A stretch of DNA of 63,818 nt, the filler included, from Salisapilia sapeloensis CBS 127946 (Eukaryota; Protista; Oomycota), in the NCBI GenBank assembly GCA_023334545.1. It is 9 parts of 9 records of this genome, joined end to end, with 100 filler letters (N's around TTAATTAATTAA, not from the genome) between each part and the next. Parts side by side here need not be neighbours in the genome. Positions count along the whole stretch, not along the records: positions 47,920 to 54,465 come from JAADVB010000555.1; positions 54,566 to 57,448 come from JAADVB010000830.1; positions 57,549 to 58,739 come from JAADVB010001264.1; positions 58,840 to 59,975 come from JAADVB010001292.1; positions 60,076 to 61,645 come from JAADVB010001104.1; 4 more parts are not named here. The stretch is one strand, 5' to 3'. Positions within the stretch are counted from its first letter, which is position 1. Each line of letters starts with the position of its first letter. The notes under the pieces were generated by a model that was not told the DNA's origin, did not search any database, and saw only the letters and a list, made by a program, of their open reading frames with translations. The translations under genes and the position numbers were made by a program. Positions 47,920 to 60,216 of the stretch are shown one piece after another.

Positions 47920-48250
47920 ACACACTTTGTCGTGTCACCAAAGTCAACACGGTACAATTCACCCTGCTGCTTTGATAAGCCGGATCCACCTTTTGGTAAT
48001 GCGGCTGTGATCGTTGACCCATGATGGACCTCAACCCGTCGTACCAAATCGGTCGAAAATGTGTTGGCGATGGCGATCGCACTTTGCGTCGTCGCATCGA
48101 CATCCACTTGCTTTGACGATGCCAACGGTAAAATCTCAAATACCATACCGGCAACTTTTGGTGCTGATTCGAGCGTATGATCTGACGTACAAAAGTTGAG
48201 CGAGTATTGTCCAGCGGGCAGCTTCCAAATCATCGTCGACTCCCATGGCG
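47920..48250 (-). CDS. Hypothetical protein, partial (runs into gap)
   Basis: Open frame into the gap with protein-like composition; divergent from the gene at 48390; start uncertain. Confidence 0.35.
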
Positions 48251-48389
48251 AGTGCAATGCATTGTGCGCTGCATACACGAACGTCTCAACGAACAAAGAC
48301 GTACATAAAGCTGCCATCCATAGCTGCAAGACCAGACATGATGGCGCCATGCAATCTTCGTCCGACGCTAATCTATTGCGAATGAAAAC

Positions 48390-50839
48390 ATGGATGGAGC
48401 GGGTAAGGAGCACAAGCTGGTGTCAGACCATGCCATGTTTTTTTCAAGACAGGTCGTCGTCGGAAAAATGTACAATAGAAAGAATAGGATAAAATGCATC
48501 CGATCCCAGTGTTCCATTTATCTGCAACATTGCGGGCATGGTATAGAAACGGTACTTGATTGGTACATTTGAGACACAATTTGGACAACGAAGTGGAGAA
48601 ACTGTGGCGATGCATCAATCGCGTTGGTATCGTCGCGATGGCTTTGTGAGAGATACTGCAGAGTCATCGATGCAAAGCTATTCTCTCCGATATATGAATG
48701 AGTTTGTTTCCAAGCTCCAATGTGCACCGAAATTACTGTCGCTGCGCCTATTTCCTGACGCGAAGGAGATCACGGAGGTTGTAGCCTACATTATGTCATC
48801 TTGTGTATTTCGGTAGTTACAACCTGTCCCAACTATAGAGCATGGGGTTGTTTAATGCATTCCGGCGATGTATTCTACCAACACTGTCCGATGGCTCCAG
48901 TATCACCTGTAACTCGAATGAGGCTTTGTCGGATGGAATCATTGTTATTGGCGATGGCAATACTCGTACGTATACTAGATAAATTTCTATTGAACATTTT
49001 TCTAATCAAGACATCCTTCCAGCTCGTACTGCCGCCATGTTTGCTTTACGTATGCCTTCATGGAAATGCTTTAGCATCGATCCAGCGATGGAAGAACCAT
49101 CAACCTCAGAGGTACGATGGCAAATTACCAATTTAAATTTGCATTTAATAGATTACTCGAACAGCGTGCTGAAGAATGGAAAACTATACCGAACTTGGTT
49201 TGCATCCGGAGCAAAATCCAGGACATACAAATTCGTGTACGACGAGCAGTCATAGTACTCGTGCATGCACACGTATCTATCCACGACGCCGTCAATGCTG
49301 TCGATACGGAGCATGTTGTTGGTATCGTTACAATGCCTTGTTGCAATTGGTTTGGTCGTCAGGAAGAATTTAGTGGCTGTCATCCATCTCTCGTGTACGA
49401 TGACCTATGCGTCTTCTCGGACTGCAAAGAGGTATTTTAGACTATTCAGTCGAGTAAAACCACGCATTCCTAGTTTTATCATTCGTACTTAGATACGTGT
49501 GTGGAATGACACGGATGTAACAGGCATTTCAGAAGACTTCATGACACCTTCCAGTTGCATTCCTAAGATTCTTACTGAAGATAAGATGGACAGCAAAGAG
49601 GGTAATGAGGAAAACAAAGGTATATCAAAGGAATTGCATAAAGCACTTTCAGTCATACGAAAGATTGTCAGACCATTGACAGAGCAATCCCTTGGTGTGT
49701 CTGACCCTGCACTCGTACCTGGTATTATATCGATGCTTAAAGCCAAGCTCAAGCCGGAAGCGAACATTTTGTTCTTTGGAGACTCCAAACAGAGCAATCC
49801 TATTGTTACAAAGCTTTTTGAAGAAGGGTTTTTGAACATCTTTGCGCTTTGTGCTAATGATTTGGAATACCATACTTCGGAAGACTCATGCACAGTTGAA
49901 ATAAGACGCTGGTCAAGAAACTGCGATGTTGCAATGGAGGAATATGCTGACAGACTTAGTGATGTTGTATGCACCTGTATCATCCATAGAGGTAGTACAG
50001 ATACTGGTGTTTCTGTAAAATTACAGAAGGCAGAGGGATGGGGCGATATCGGTATTGATTGTCTAGTGGATGCAGGGTATGTGTACACTGGGATGCGATC
50101 GGAGGCAAAGGACAAGTCATTATTCATCACCGTTTGTTCCGTGCTAAAAGAAATGATGCGAACTTTGCAGTCCACGAAAGACCCATCGATGGTCATCATT
50201 AGTCCTCGAAAGGATTGGCGCAAAGCTACCTTCCTAGCACATCCTTCACTCGGACTTGTAGTAGAATCGAACAAGCTGCTATGTAATCCGGAAGAAGCAG
50301 GCGGTGGACGGATTAAACCTCACTACGCATACATCTGCAGCTTCACTTATGACGAAGAGAAAGAAAAAGTGTCTGAAGGCGACACGATAGAAACCAACTC
50401 TCACCTTTTCGACTCCCTGCAGGAACAGTACAGCAGTACGTTAAAAGCTATCGAGCAATCTGTCCGATGGATTGGCATCGAGGAAGCAATATCGTTGTGC
50501 CAATATGACAACAACCGAGAGATTGCAGCGCAAACCAGCGAGTATCTACGGGTGGATGGTACAATTGCGAAAGCACGCGCTTATCAGAGTGGCATTGCCT
50601 TCTTTTCACTCCAGAAAGAAGGGCAAGCTAGTTTGAAGGAACAGCAACAGCTGCAGGTACTCTTGACTAAAGACCGAATGAACTGGACACCAAGTTTCTA
50701 CAGCCAAGTATCAAAGCTCCTTCGTCGTAAACGTGATATCTCTATCGTTGGCTTCATTGGTGTGAGCGACCGAGGTGATATTGTGCTGCACGCAGTGGCC
50801 ATGTCGATTGCCAGTGCTGAAAAGAGGATTTACACTTGA
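48390..50839 (+). CDS. Multi-exon uncharacterised protein with two SAM-methyltransferase-like segments
   Basis: Reconstructed junctions: LFPDAKEITE|SMGLFNAFRR, IVIGDGNT|PRTAAMFALR..CFSIDPAM, VFSDCKE|IRVWNDT. The last exon is the 446-aa ORF with ILFFGD..LFEEGFLNI. The 5' start is uncertain. Confidence 0.65.
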
Positions 50840-51346
50840 ATAAAAGTCAAACAAATTTGATTGCAAAGTTGCGTGCATTCGTTCGTAAGGTCGACAGTAA
50901 GCTTTAAAATGTACTGTAGCTACTTTCAGACGAGGAGCTTAGCTGGAGGAACGTTCCGAAGTGGTCATCCAAATCATCATCAAAGCTCAGTGTTTTATCT
51001 CGTAGCTCTCGTCGTGCAAAAGCGGTCACGTCAGTCGTCTTCGCTTTCAATATACAATACTGACAGAATGTAAATCGTTTCTGCTTAAGCACACCAGGTG
51101 ATAGTCGTAGTGTGATACGACGTCGAACTTTGCAGCTACTGCACACAGCCTATAGCACAGCCAACATGGTTAGCTATTTATCTTTTGTATAAAAGTACGC
51201 ACTTGGCATACCTGATGGCATGTGATACATGATCCATGGCGTGAAGAAGATTTGCCAAATCCACATTTTCCGGCACAGTTACGCCGGTTCTGCTCTTGGT
51301 TGTTGGATCTACAAGCCGTTTGAGTGCTATGAATGTGTGATCCAAA

Positions 51347-52219
51347 CTACAAATAGACAAAATACCTCCGCGATAGAGCTCGCTGCATCATCCAGAACAA
51401 CTTTTTCGAGTACGAGACCTCAGCTGTTTGCGTAGCGGCAAGGAACGCACTGGTAACCGCTCGAGTCATCGTCATTTCACTCGCAATACCCATCGGAGCA
51501 AAGAATCCTGTCTGGTACAATTCGACCGAGTTTGCATCTAGCTGCCGACGTAGAAAGCAGAGTGATCCTTTGGCACGTACGAGGCCATGCTTCTCCAAGT
51601 CGTTCACTAGATCGACGGAATGGACGAGGTAATACCCAATTGGCTTCCCATCACTTCCTTTCGTCACTCCCATCGATATAAGGACGCAGTAATCTCGATA
51701 GTTTACGAGTGGAATCCCATAGCTGCCGAGCATTGACCAAGCAATGCCTGTAAAATGGAATGGGTTTTCCGCCGTAGGTGTATCTACCTTAGCAAGCCAT
51801 CGGAAGTTCAAAAGGTTGTCATGGATGTATGTCGAGCGTATTTTCACCGCTTCATCCGTGGTAGCAAGTGCACCGTAGACACAGTCATCCATTTTTCCAG
51901 GCACTCGACCAACTAGTAGAAACTTGGGCACACTGGTTCTTGCATTAATGGGTGTCGCTCGCCCTTCCGATGTCTGCAACATCCTCGGATTTTGTCGAAG
52001 CTTTTTATGGTCCTTGTAAATGAACATGTGATCAACTTGTTGGACGGGTGACCAGAACTTCGTGTCGACTTGGCGATTGTTTCGTTCGCGATACGCCTCA
52101 AATTCAGCAACGGTCTTTTGTACGAGTCCTTGTGCTAGTTTCTCCAATCGATATCCAGTCTTTGGAAGTAGTGGTAAGACGGTCGGAGCATGTCGCAAGA
52201 CTTTACGTGGAGACTTCAT
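51347..52219 (-). CDS. Oomycete START-like (M96-related) domain protein
   Basis: VDTKFWSPV, LLVGRVPGKMDDCVYG, RDYCVLISMG, GYYLVHSVDL. The 3' end may contain another intron. Confidence 0.8.
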   Translation of the reverse strand: MKSPRKVLRHAPTVLPLLPKTGYRLEKLAQGLVQKTVAEFEAYRERNNRQVDTKFWSPVQQVDHMFIYKDHKKLRQNPRMLQTSEGRATPINARTSVPKFLLVGRVPGKMDDCVYGALATTDEAVKIRSTYIHDNLLNFRWLAKVDTPTAENPFHFTGIAWSMLGSYGIPLVNYRDYCVLISMGVTKGSDGKPIGYYLVHSVDLVNDLEKHGLVRAKGSLCFLRRQLDANSVELYQTGFFAPMGIASEMTMTRAVTSAFLAATQTAEVSYSKKLFWMMQRALSRRYFVYL

Positions 52220-52591
52220 TGGACTGGTATGGACCCTTGGAAGCAAATCGGAGTGTGGGAATACGAGATCAACTAGATGGTACGAGCAGACACATTGTGG
52301 AAACCTCGGATGGGCCAAGGGATCTACTTTCTTGGATTGCTGCGCAGATTCGACATCCTACTCTTCACATCTGTCACTGCAAAGTAGCATTGCGTTCATG
52401 ACAGGAAAGAAACCGGAAGGAAAATGGAATTGAAAGTCTTTACGAGTGCAAATCCTGGTGTATCGAATGGCTGTGTTGCTAATCCGAATCGCCATACGCG
52501 CTTTCAAGATCTCCAAAGCTAATCTTGGCATTTGTAGGAGCTCTGGCACAACCTTCTGACAAAACCGAACAGCGATAGGACCCACATCAAC

Positions 52592-53530
52592 ATGGCAAAG
52601 CAAGGCTACTACGCAATCGCACGTGGTTACAACATTGGCGTGTATGATACGTGGGCTCAAGCAGAGCCTCAAATTAAGGGATTTCCCGACGCTCGCCACA
52701 AAAAGTTCCGTACACGTGAGGAGGCTCAGAAGTTTATCCAAGAGAATAATGCGCCTGCTGCCTCCTCGACTGTACCTACTCAAGCACAGTCTTCTGCTAT
52801 CGTAACTAGTCAGGCACCATCTTCTTCAGCTTCAGGAGCCTCTATGAAACGTCCTCACCGGGCGATCGCTGGCAATGTACAAGCAACCACCAATTCGAAT
52901 CTCTTAAAGCGCCGACATGAAGACACGCATGAAGCGTTCAATAGTGCGTTCGCTTTTTTAGCTGAGCCCAAACTTAAGAAAGCGAAAGTCATGCCACCAG
53001 CTTCTCTTCCGAATCCACGGGATCCATCGACATTAGTCGCGTTTACGGACGGAAGCTCTTTTAATAATGGGCGTCGCGGGTGCAAAGCTGGGTATGCTGC
53101 CATCTTTCCACATAACACATCCTGGAATGTATCCGAGCCACTCCTAGACAATCCGACGAACAATCGAGCAGAATATCTCGCAGCCTTGAAAGCTCTCGAG
53201 CGAGCGAATATGGAAAATCCGAGTCAAACTCAAGCCTTGTACATCTTTACAGACAGTCGTCTACTTATCCGATCCATGACTCAATGGGTTCAAGGCTGGA
53301 GGAAGAAAGGTTGGGTCAAAAGTGATGGTGAGAAGGTTCTAAACCAAGACATTCTCAAGCGTCTACTAGCTGCAATAGGGAGTCGACATGTTGAATGGCG
53401 TCATGTAAAGGCACATACACGAAAGAAAGATTGGTACTCATATTGGAACGATCAAGCAGACCAAGCGGCACGACAAGCTTCTGAATCACAATTGAAACGA
53501 AAGACGGACATATCGTCCGCGTGGGATTAA
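52592..53530 (+). CDS. RNASEH1: Ribonuclease H1 with N-terminal hybrid-binding (Cauli_VI) domain
   Basis: YYAIARGYNIGVYDTW; FTDGS, TNNRAE, FTDS, VKAH, NDQAD (catalytic DEDD intact). Confidence 0.95.
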   Translation: MAKQGYYAIARGYNIGVYDTWAQAEPQIKGFPDARHKKFRTREEAQKFIQENNAPAASSTVPTQAQSSAIVTSQAPSSSASGASMKRPHRAIAGNVQATTNSNLLKRRHEDTHEAFNSAFAFLAEPKLKKAKVMPPASLPNPRDPSTLVAFTDGSSFNNGRRGCKAGYAAIFPHNTSWNVSEPLLDNPTNNRAEYLAALKALERANMENPSQTQALYIFTDSRLLIRSMTQWVQGWRKKGWVKSDGEKVLNQDILKRLLAAIGSRHVEWRHVKAHTRKKDWYSYWNDQADQAARQASESQLKRKTDISSAWD

Positions 53531-53705
53531 AAACGAAGATTTGATTCCGATGTTTACCATCACGCTTTGACTTTCCAAGCCATCCCCTATTAGGAGAAAC
53601 TAGTTTACGTTCCATTCCATCCATTGCAAACGTTTGAACTTCCTTATAGAAAAAGTCTAGAGCAGTCATCAATCTGCGGACACATATCATACGACACGCA
53701 AACGC

Positions 53706-54194
53706 TCATCTCTCGACCTCTTCCATCCGCCTAGTACCGCTTGGATCCTTTCGAATTCCCCGAGCGGCCTTGTCCGTGCCCTTTGATGTACGCGTTTCCT
53801 TCATCCATACTCGAACATTTCTGGTGGCTGTTGTTGGAGTAACCAGAGACTTGCGGACCCGCTTTCGCCCACGAATCGTACACACCAGTCTGACGTCCGT
53901 TCGCGACGGCATAGCATTTCGATCCCCCGGAACTGGCCGAATCCGTTCGACCGTAGTCATTGATGTAAGCATTTCCTTCCGCTCTACTCGATAACTTTTG
54001 GTGATTGTTATGGGACTATCCCAAAACTTGCGAGGCCGCTTCGCTCCACGAGTCATAGACACCAGGTTGACGTCCGTTGGCAACAGCGTAGTACTTTTGG
54101 TTCTGGGACATCTTGGATGTGTTCTCTCGGGCTTGAAATGATTTGTGAGCTTCCTTCTCGCTAGCGGCAACGATGGGACCTTTCCATAATTCAT
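53706..54194 (-). CDS. Hypothetical basic protein
   Basis: 162-aa ATG ORF between RNase H1 and MDP-1; no recognised motif. Confidence 0.4.
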   Translation of the reverse strand: MNYGKVPSLPLARRKLTNHFKPERTHPRCPRTKSTTLLPTDVNLVSMTRGAKRPRKFWDSPITITKSYRVERKEMLTSMTTVERIRPVPGDRNAMPSRTDVRLVCTIRGRKRVRKSLVTPTTATRNVRVWMKETRTSKGTDKAARGIRKDPSGTRRMEEVER

Positions 54195-54310
54195 CTACAC
54201 TTCAAGGTCTGATACGGACTTGAAGTTAGAGGAAGAATAGCAAGCGGATGTGTAGCTTTGCAACGGATTTACGACTCTAAAGAGTACGATTTACGCTTTA
54301 AATAGCACGG

Positions 54311-54454
54311 ATGGAATTAAGTGGTCGAATGGGTCGCGGAGGCAAGACGAAAGGACCGGGTGCGTCCCAAGGAGATGCAGCAGCTCTTGTGAAACAGTAC
54401 TCTTCTGTACCCAAGCTTGTGGTGTTTGACCTGGATGATACGCTATGGCATCCG
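54311..54454 (+). CDS. MDP1: Magnesium-dependent phosphatase 1 (HAD IIIC), first exon only
   Basis: PKLVVFDLDDTLWHP, followed by a GTGCGT donor and then the gap. Confidence 0.75.
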
Positions 54455-55535
54455 GTGCGTAGATGNNNNNNNNNNNNNNNNNNNNNNNNNNNNNNNNNNN
54501 NNNNNNNNNTTAATTAATTAANNNNNNNNNNNNNNNNNNNNNNNNNNNNNNNNNNNNNNNNNNNNTCGTGTGGAAAGAATTTTCCATTCTGGAAAGCATT
54601 GCTTCCGTTCGATAGGTTATGTGGGAAATCCACTAGCTACCGCAGATGCTGGGCGTGACCTATGTGTCCATCAACTTCAAGCAGATTGTTCATGATTGAA
54701 GCGGACCTGGAGCAAGAAGTACGTGGACAATGGATTCCGCTGCGTCCTGATCGACTGTTCTAGATTTAATTAGCATATCTTTATTTTTGGAAGTAAATCT
54801 TTTACTTTACGAGAACACGCCCAGGTTACCGCTAGTCTGGTGTGCTATGCTTGCGCGTGAACGAGTGCTTGCAGTCTATACTACTTGGTATTTAGTCTTT
54901 GGAAGTAGTCGATGGCCAACGCAAGGTCGAAATCATCCCATGAAGTGCAGTAGGAGAGTTTCGCAGAGCTAGCGGTAGGTGGAAGAGAGCACCGAAAGAC
55001 GACGGTATGTGCGTGAAAGACAAGTGCAAGTAGTGTTTCTTTGTCGAAAAGATCGTTTCTCTCAGTTTCGTTTCCTAGCAGGCAAATGCTCCTACTGATG
55101 ACGTGTAGTAACCTACGGATACCATAGGCACCGCAGCTAGCAGACAATTAATGCTCGAGATGAGGACCTAGTACCTCCAAGATATCACTATGGTCGACAT
55201 GGAAGTCTCCAAAGATACGCGCATGCAAGTATCAGCTTTCTGCTCGAAAGACATGCCCGGTGTATGGAAACCTAGTAGAAATCGTGCATGCTTCCTCTCG
55301 GTCTTCATGCCAGAACGAATCGTAAGGCGTTAATCGTACATGGAGCAGCCCTGTTTGTGCGGTAAGATGGTACACAACCACTTGTACATCCCTCACAACC
55401 ATCTCAATCACAGGAGAGAATGCCACTGGATGAAGCATACCGAGAGCAACACTCTACCCTGCCATCCTAGTCTTGAGACACATCCACACTACTTTCGACA
55501 TGAGAGCAACAGCATGTATGAAAGAAACGTTGCAT

Positions 55536-57088
55536 CTATTCGTATTGGAGCGAGTGACTCCGGTGCTCTCTTGCACCCGCCTCGATCGCAGCGTCCACGG
55601 TGGCCTCCAGCTCCTCCAGTCGAGAGCTCCGGGACTGTCGGGAGGAAATCGACACACTCGCTTCCTCGACCTCGTCCATTTTCTTCAGCAGCTTCTTCAT
55701 GACCTGCACCGTCTCGCGAGGATTGGACACCCAGACCGTCGTCGCGGCTTCTCTCGACCGCGTGTCGTTACCTGTGCATTCGGACGTTAGGCACTACTCT
55801 TCTTACCATTTCCACTATCTAGCTCAAAGCGAACCTGTCCGGGTGAATCGGTCGCCCACGTGGAGACACTCGACGCCTCGGATGATGTCCTACCCAGCAC
55901 AACAACGTCTCCATTAGTCTCTTTCTCCAATCAATCTACCACCAGCCAATACGTACCAGCTCGTTGTTCTGCATGTCGGCCGGGAGGAAGCGGAAGACGT
56001 ACTTTTGGAGCGCCTGGATGCCCAGCGCCTTGTTCCCGATGTCCACCCAGACGTCGTTGCCGCCGTTGAAGGCGCAGAAGGGGACCGAGCGGTCCTTGAG
56101 GTCGTGCTGCACCGCCAGACAGACCTCCTCCAGATTCTCGTACGAAATGCGCTTGGACGAAGTGTTGATGATGCCGACGGCCCGGTCCTTCTTGAGCACC
56201 CTCGCCTCTATGCCTAGCTGCTGCGTCTGCTCCTTCAGGACCACCTCTGCTCGGTCCAGAAGAGAGGTGACCTCGCTCTCAGGCCAGCGTTCTCCTCGCC
56301 AGTCCTTCCACGCCTGCCCCACCAACTGCTGTAGGCCAATAGCCTCCTTTCCTTCTGCGTCTGTAGTAATGTACGTCTCCAGGAGGTAGTTGCACTCTCC
56401 GCCCATGACGAGGAAGCGAGACTGCTCCTCTGGCGTCAGCTGCTGCAGGCCGTCGAGAATGCCTCGCAGTCGGTGCTCGTACTTTTCCGGCTGGCCAGGG
56501 TAGCCTGCACCATAAGCACATTAATGACTGTATTGGGGAACGAGTGATATGCAGAAGCACCTGCGGCCGTGACGAGAGAGACGACGAGACCCCGGCGCAG
56601 GAGGTCCAGGATGATGCCGACCATGGGCGACTCGAGACTGATGCTGCCTCCGTCTTCGTAGATGGTGTCGTCTGCATCGAACGTGACGAGCTTGAGGTGA
56701 CTGGCGATCGCCTGGATGGTGGCAATGTTCAGAATGTGCCGCACCTCCCGGAACGTCGGCGGAACGAACTTGCGCTGGAGGAACTTGGTGTGGGCGTCGT
56801 ACTAGATGAGGAATAGCATCAGCAGGGTAGGAATATACATACAGCACATCCAGTGTCCCCTACCTCTTTGGCTGCCTCCACGAGATCCATCTCCAGGAAC
56901 AAGGTGCTGATGTGGGGCAGATACTTGCGCAGCCGACTGCCTTCGGGCTTCTGAGCGTGCTCTGCCATGAGTGTTTGTACGAGTTCAAAGACCTCCAGCA
57001 CAGTGAACGTCAGTCCTCCGGCCACATCGCCCGGAGAGATGATCCACTCCAGTATGAGCTCGATCAGAGGGTCCTGCTCCTTCAGCAT
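55536..57088 (-). CDS. ISN1: IMP-specific 5'-nucleotidase 1, multi-exon
   Basis: RKFVPPTFREVRHILN, LVTFDADDTIYEDG, VTAAGYP, VMGGECNYL, AFNGGNDVWVDIGNK, LHVGDRF, WVSNPRET. Confidence 0.92.
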
Positions 57089-57226
57089 CTCCAGCTCTGT
57101 ATCAATTCGATCCGATTGCTCTGATTCGGTTGTCAAATGGATAGGACCCGTCTCACACACTGCATGTCACTATGTCGCCAATCGGATCGAACACACTACC
57201 GAGACACGAATCTGTGGTCTAGCAGC

Positions 57227-57448
57227 ATGTGGCAGTCGCGACGAGCTGGACGCTGCATAAGCTCTTCATTGCGCGCCAATGGTAGAACTGCCAATCCACT
57301 GCGTGCCCATGCCCATGCAGCGCCAGTGCAAGCGGCGTGTGTGCTACCGTTGGCTCAAAAACGAGGTTTCGCGTCCTCGAACAGCCAAAATGCGACCAAT
57401 ATCGACGCGTCCCAACCTGTTCCGCCACTCTCAAGTCCACTCGACCCA
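57227..57448 (+). CDS. N-terminus of a probable mitochondrial protein, truncated by gap
   Basis: Arg/Ser/Ala-rich, acid-free N-terminal leader ending KRGFAS; divergent from ISN1. Confidence 0.55.
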
Positions 57449-58071
57449 NNNNNNNNNNNNNNNNNNNNNNNNNNNNNNNNNNNNNNNNNNNNTTAATTAA
57501 TTAANNNNNNNNNNNNNNNNNNNNNNNNNNNNNNNNNNNNNNNNNNNNCGTTACTTTAGGCTAGGTTGCTATCTTTTCTTTTGTTACTGTCTTTCTGGTT
57601 TGGTGCATGTTTAGATGACCTACTGCCTTGTCTGATATAAGATATACGTAGTACTTGTAGTCAGAAAGGATGTGTAAGTAGGGAGGATCTAAAGGACCAA
57701 ATAAAATCACTTCTAGTTTTATTGAGCTTCCCCTATCGCACGTGTAAGCCAAACCCACGGGTAATACGAGTCCCGTAACAAGGCTGACGTGGAAACCTGA
57801 CGTCAGCGCTGGACGAGAGCTTAGAGCTCACTTTGAAATCCGAGGACAAGGGACCAAACGAATTGGTCTGAAGACAAGTTGATAAGAGAAATAAGTCAAG
57901 TTCATATTTGGTTGTTATATCTATCGTCGTTCTAGTTGTCATCTCTACTGAGGCAAAGTATCTGTGCACTGTCTAAAAGCAAGATCCTTTTCAAACTCGA
58001 AGCGAAGAGAAGAGGACTTTTGGCATACAATTGCAATTTAACATGTTGGAACAGCACGTCTTAGGGTTGAA

Positions 58072-58739
58072 ATGCAGGAGTCTGTCAATCGCATGTATGC
58101 AAATGCGGCAAATATACGTTCATACAACACACAGCGGAACTGCAGTGGCAAACAGAGAGAGTTTGCTCAGTGGTGCAACGACAAGAGTGCAGTATTGAAT
58201 GATGAAACTAGACACACCGTGACTGGAGAAAAGCTGCATTTTTTGTAAGAGCGCGTTATTGGCCACCAGAAGAAGCGTAAGACCGAATCAGGTAAAGTCG
58301 AAATGATATGCAGCTTGACGGTTCACGGTTACGAGGCCGCTATCGTCGACTTGTGGAAGCGACAGAGGCAGCTCAACATAAACAGCAATCCATCACCTCG
58401 AATAGAGGCTGTAAAAGCATTATTAAAGCTTACAGTGACAGCTAAGGACGAGAGGAAGCGAAATAATTATGCAGATCGCGGAGCAGGTACACTTTTAGAT
58501 GACTATAGTAAATTTGAACAGATTCAATCGTTATCCAGCTTCTTTCGGCCACAACGGCGTGATTTAGGCACTAGCCTCGGAAATTTACTCGCTTTTTAAT
58601 TATTTCATTATGCCCTCATGAGAAGGGGATCTGCCAGGAAACACGAGTTATCTGATCTTCAATTTGTTGCTCTGGAGAATGAAGTATACACGCCTTCTAG
58701 AGCTTTTATATTGATTATGAGCCAAGGCAAAACTAATCA
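58072..58739 (+). mobile_element. Degenerate Crypton-type tyrosine recombinase (NDC10_II-like) relic, truncated
   Basis: One frame reads QREFAQWC..TVTGEKLHFL*..YEAAIVDLWKRQ..NSNPSPR..ADRGAGTLLDDY..AF*LFHYALMRRGSAR..LSDL..IMSQGKTN; in-frame TAA at 58246 and 58597. Confidence 0.8.
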
Positions 58740-58839
58740 NNNNNNNNNNNNNNNNNNNNNNNNNNNNNNNNNNNNNNNNNNNNTTAATTAATTAANNNNN
58801 NNNNNNNNNNNNNNNNNNNNNNNNNNNNNNNNNNNNNNN

Positions 58840-59975
58840 ACCGTACTTTAAGGAAATTAAACTTGCAGAGCACGCTACAAAGCGGCTAAAAAATCATTCG
58901 CTCGAGTTTGACGACCTTCCTCCGCACTTGCAGCATGCCTTCCTCTGGGATTGTGGACTAGTACCAAAGTACAGTGACCTCGACAGCCATTCTCAAGTGT
59001 ACACGAGGTGTGGGGAAACCATGGCTTCTATCGCTGTATCGCTCGACGAATATAAATCTACTGGTTGTACAGTCCGAGAATGTGATGATCCGAGTGGAAA
59101 CGTCGATTTTGTCTACCGAACGTGGAATTGTTCTGAAGAAAAAATGATAAGAAAAGTCCGATGTGCTGCCGAGAACGGTGTGGCTCAGAAGCATTCCTCT
59201 ATGTGGGCAACAGGCGGATCTGATAGTTCTATCATTATGCCAAACATGATGTACCATGCGTGGGATCAAGATGGAAAAAGACAAGAAGTAAACGCCATTC
59301 ATACAGTAATACCAGAGCATACGTGGGATTACTGTCCATCAGCAGACTACGAAAGCTCGATGATTATCCCTTGCGTCCCTAAAAATTTAACGGACGATGG
59401 AGATGAATGGTGTATTCCCGAACCAGGTGATCTAGTTGAGGTGTGGCTTCAAAGCGTAGCGGAAGATGCTAAAGATAAAAATCGTGGCAAGAAATTACCT
59501 TTATGGGCTCCAAGAACAGAATCAGCACCCACAGTCAGCGATGCTTTGTCAAATTTTGACGACAAGAATTACAGGTACTCTGGTGAAACTTCTGACTTTG
59601 CAAAGCAGTACTTTCATCGATACATGCAAGGAGATGTTGTGGACAAGCTTGGCGTAGAAGAACACGATCTTCCGAAGCAAATCAGAGATCGACTTGGCGA
59701 ACAAAACGTCAAGTTTAGTGATTTACACAGACTACTGCAACGAGCTCTACTGTGGGATAGTGGCTATATCTTTACGACCGAAGAGAAACTTGTGCGCGTC
59801 CAAACGGAAGGCGGAAAGCCCATGTCCGAGATCGCAGTGCCTGCCGCGTTGTTTGAAGGAGTCTGTAGTAGTCGGGAATGTAAGGACTCGCAAGGAGGTG
59901 TCAGCCGTCGATCGGAAAATTGCACTGGAGATAATATTTTGAAGGAAGCTTCATGCGCCATAGAATACATCCCAA
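58840..59975 (+). CDS. Internal fragment of a Cys-rich oomycete ectodomain (TKL receptor kinase N-terminal type), two tandem modules
   Basis: Open across the whole contig. LQHAFLWDCG and LQRALLWDSG lie ~270 aa apart with matching Cys spacing. No kinase domain is visible. Confidence 0.65.
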
Positions 59976-60075
59976 NNNNNNNNNNNNNNNNNNNNNNNNN
60001 NNNNNNNNNNNNNNNNNNNTTAATTAATTAANNNNNNNNNNNNNNNNNNNNNNNNNNNNNNNNNNNNNNNNNNNN

Positions 60076-60216
60076 ACAAGCAAGAGAACGCGTGAGGCAA
60101 GGTAATGTTAGAACTGGATAAAGTTTCGCAGTGAAGGGACGCTTAATAATAAGGGTTTCACATTTTGCAATTTCTGGGAAGAAATTACTCGGGAGATGAC
60201 AGTATCGATTACAAGG
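60076..60216 (+). repeat. Left arm of a perfect 141-bp terminal inverted repeat
   Basis: acaagcaagagaacg...cgattacaagg is the exact reverse complement of 61505-61645. Confidence 0.97.

Noticed and set aside
52592-53530. RNase H as part of a retrotransposon
   Set aside because: It has a hybrid-binding domain, no RT/integrase/LTR, and host genes on both sides, so it is cellular RNase H1.
54640-54750. MLGVTYVSINFKQIVHD-TGA-SGPG as a selenoprotein or the MDP-1 C-terminus
   Set aside because: No SECIS or selenoprotein motif recognised; the match to MDP-1 (LGVT) is too short.
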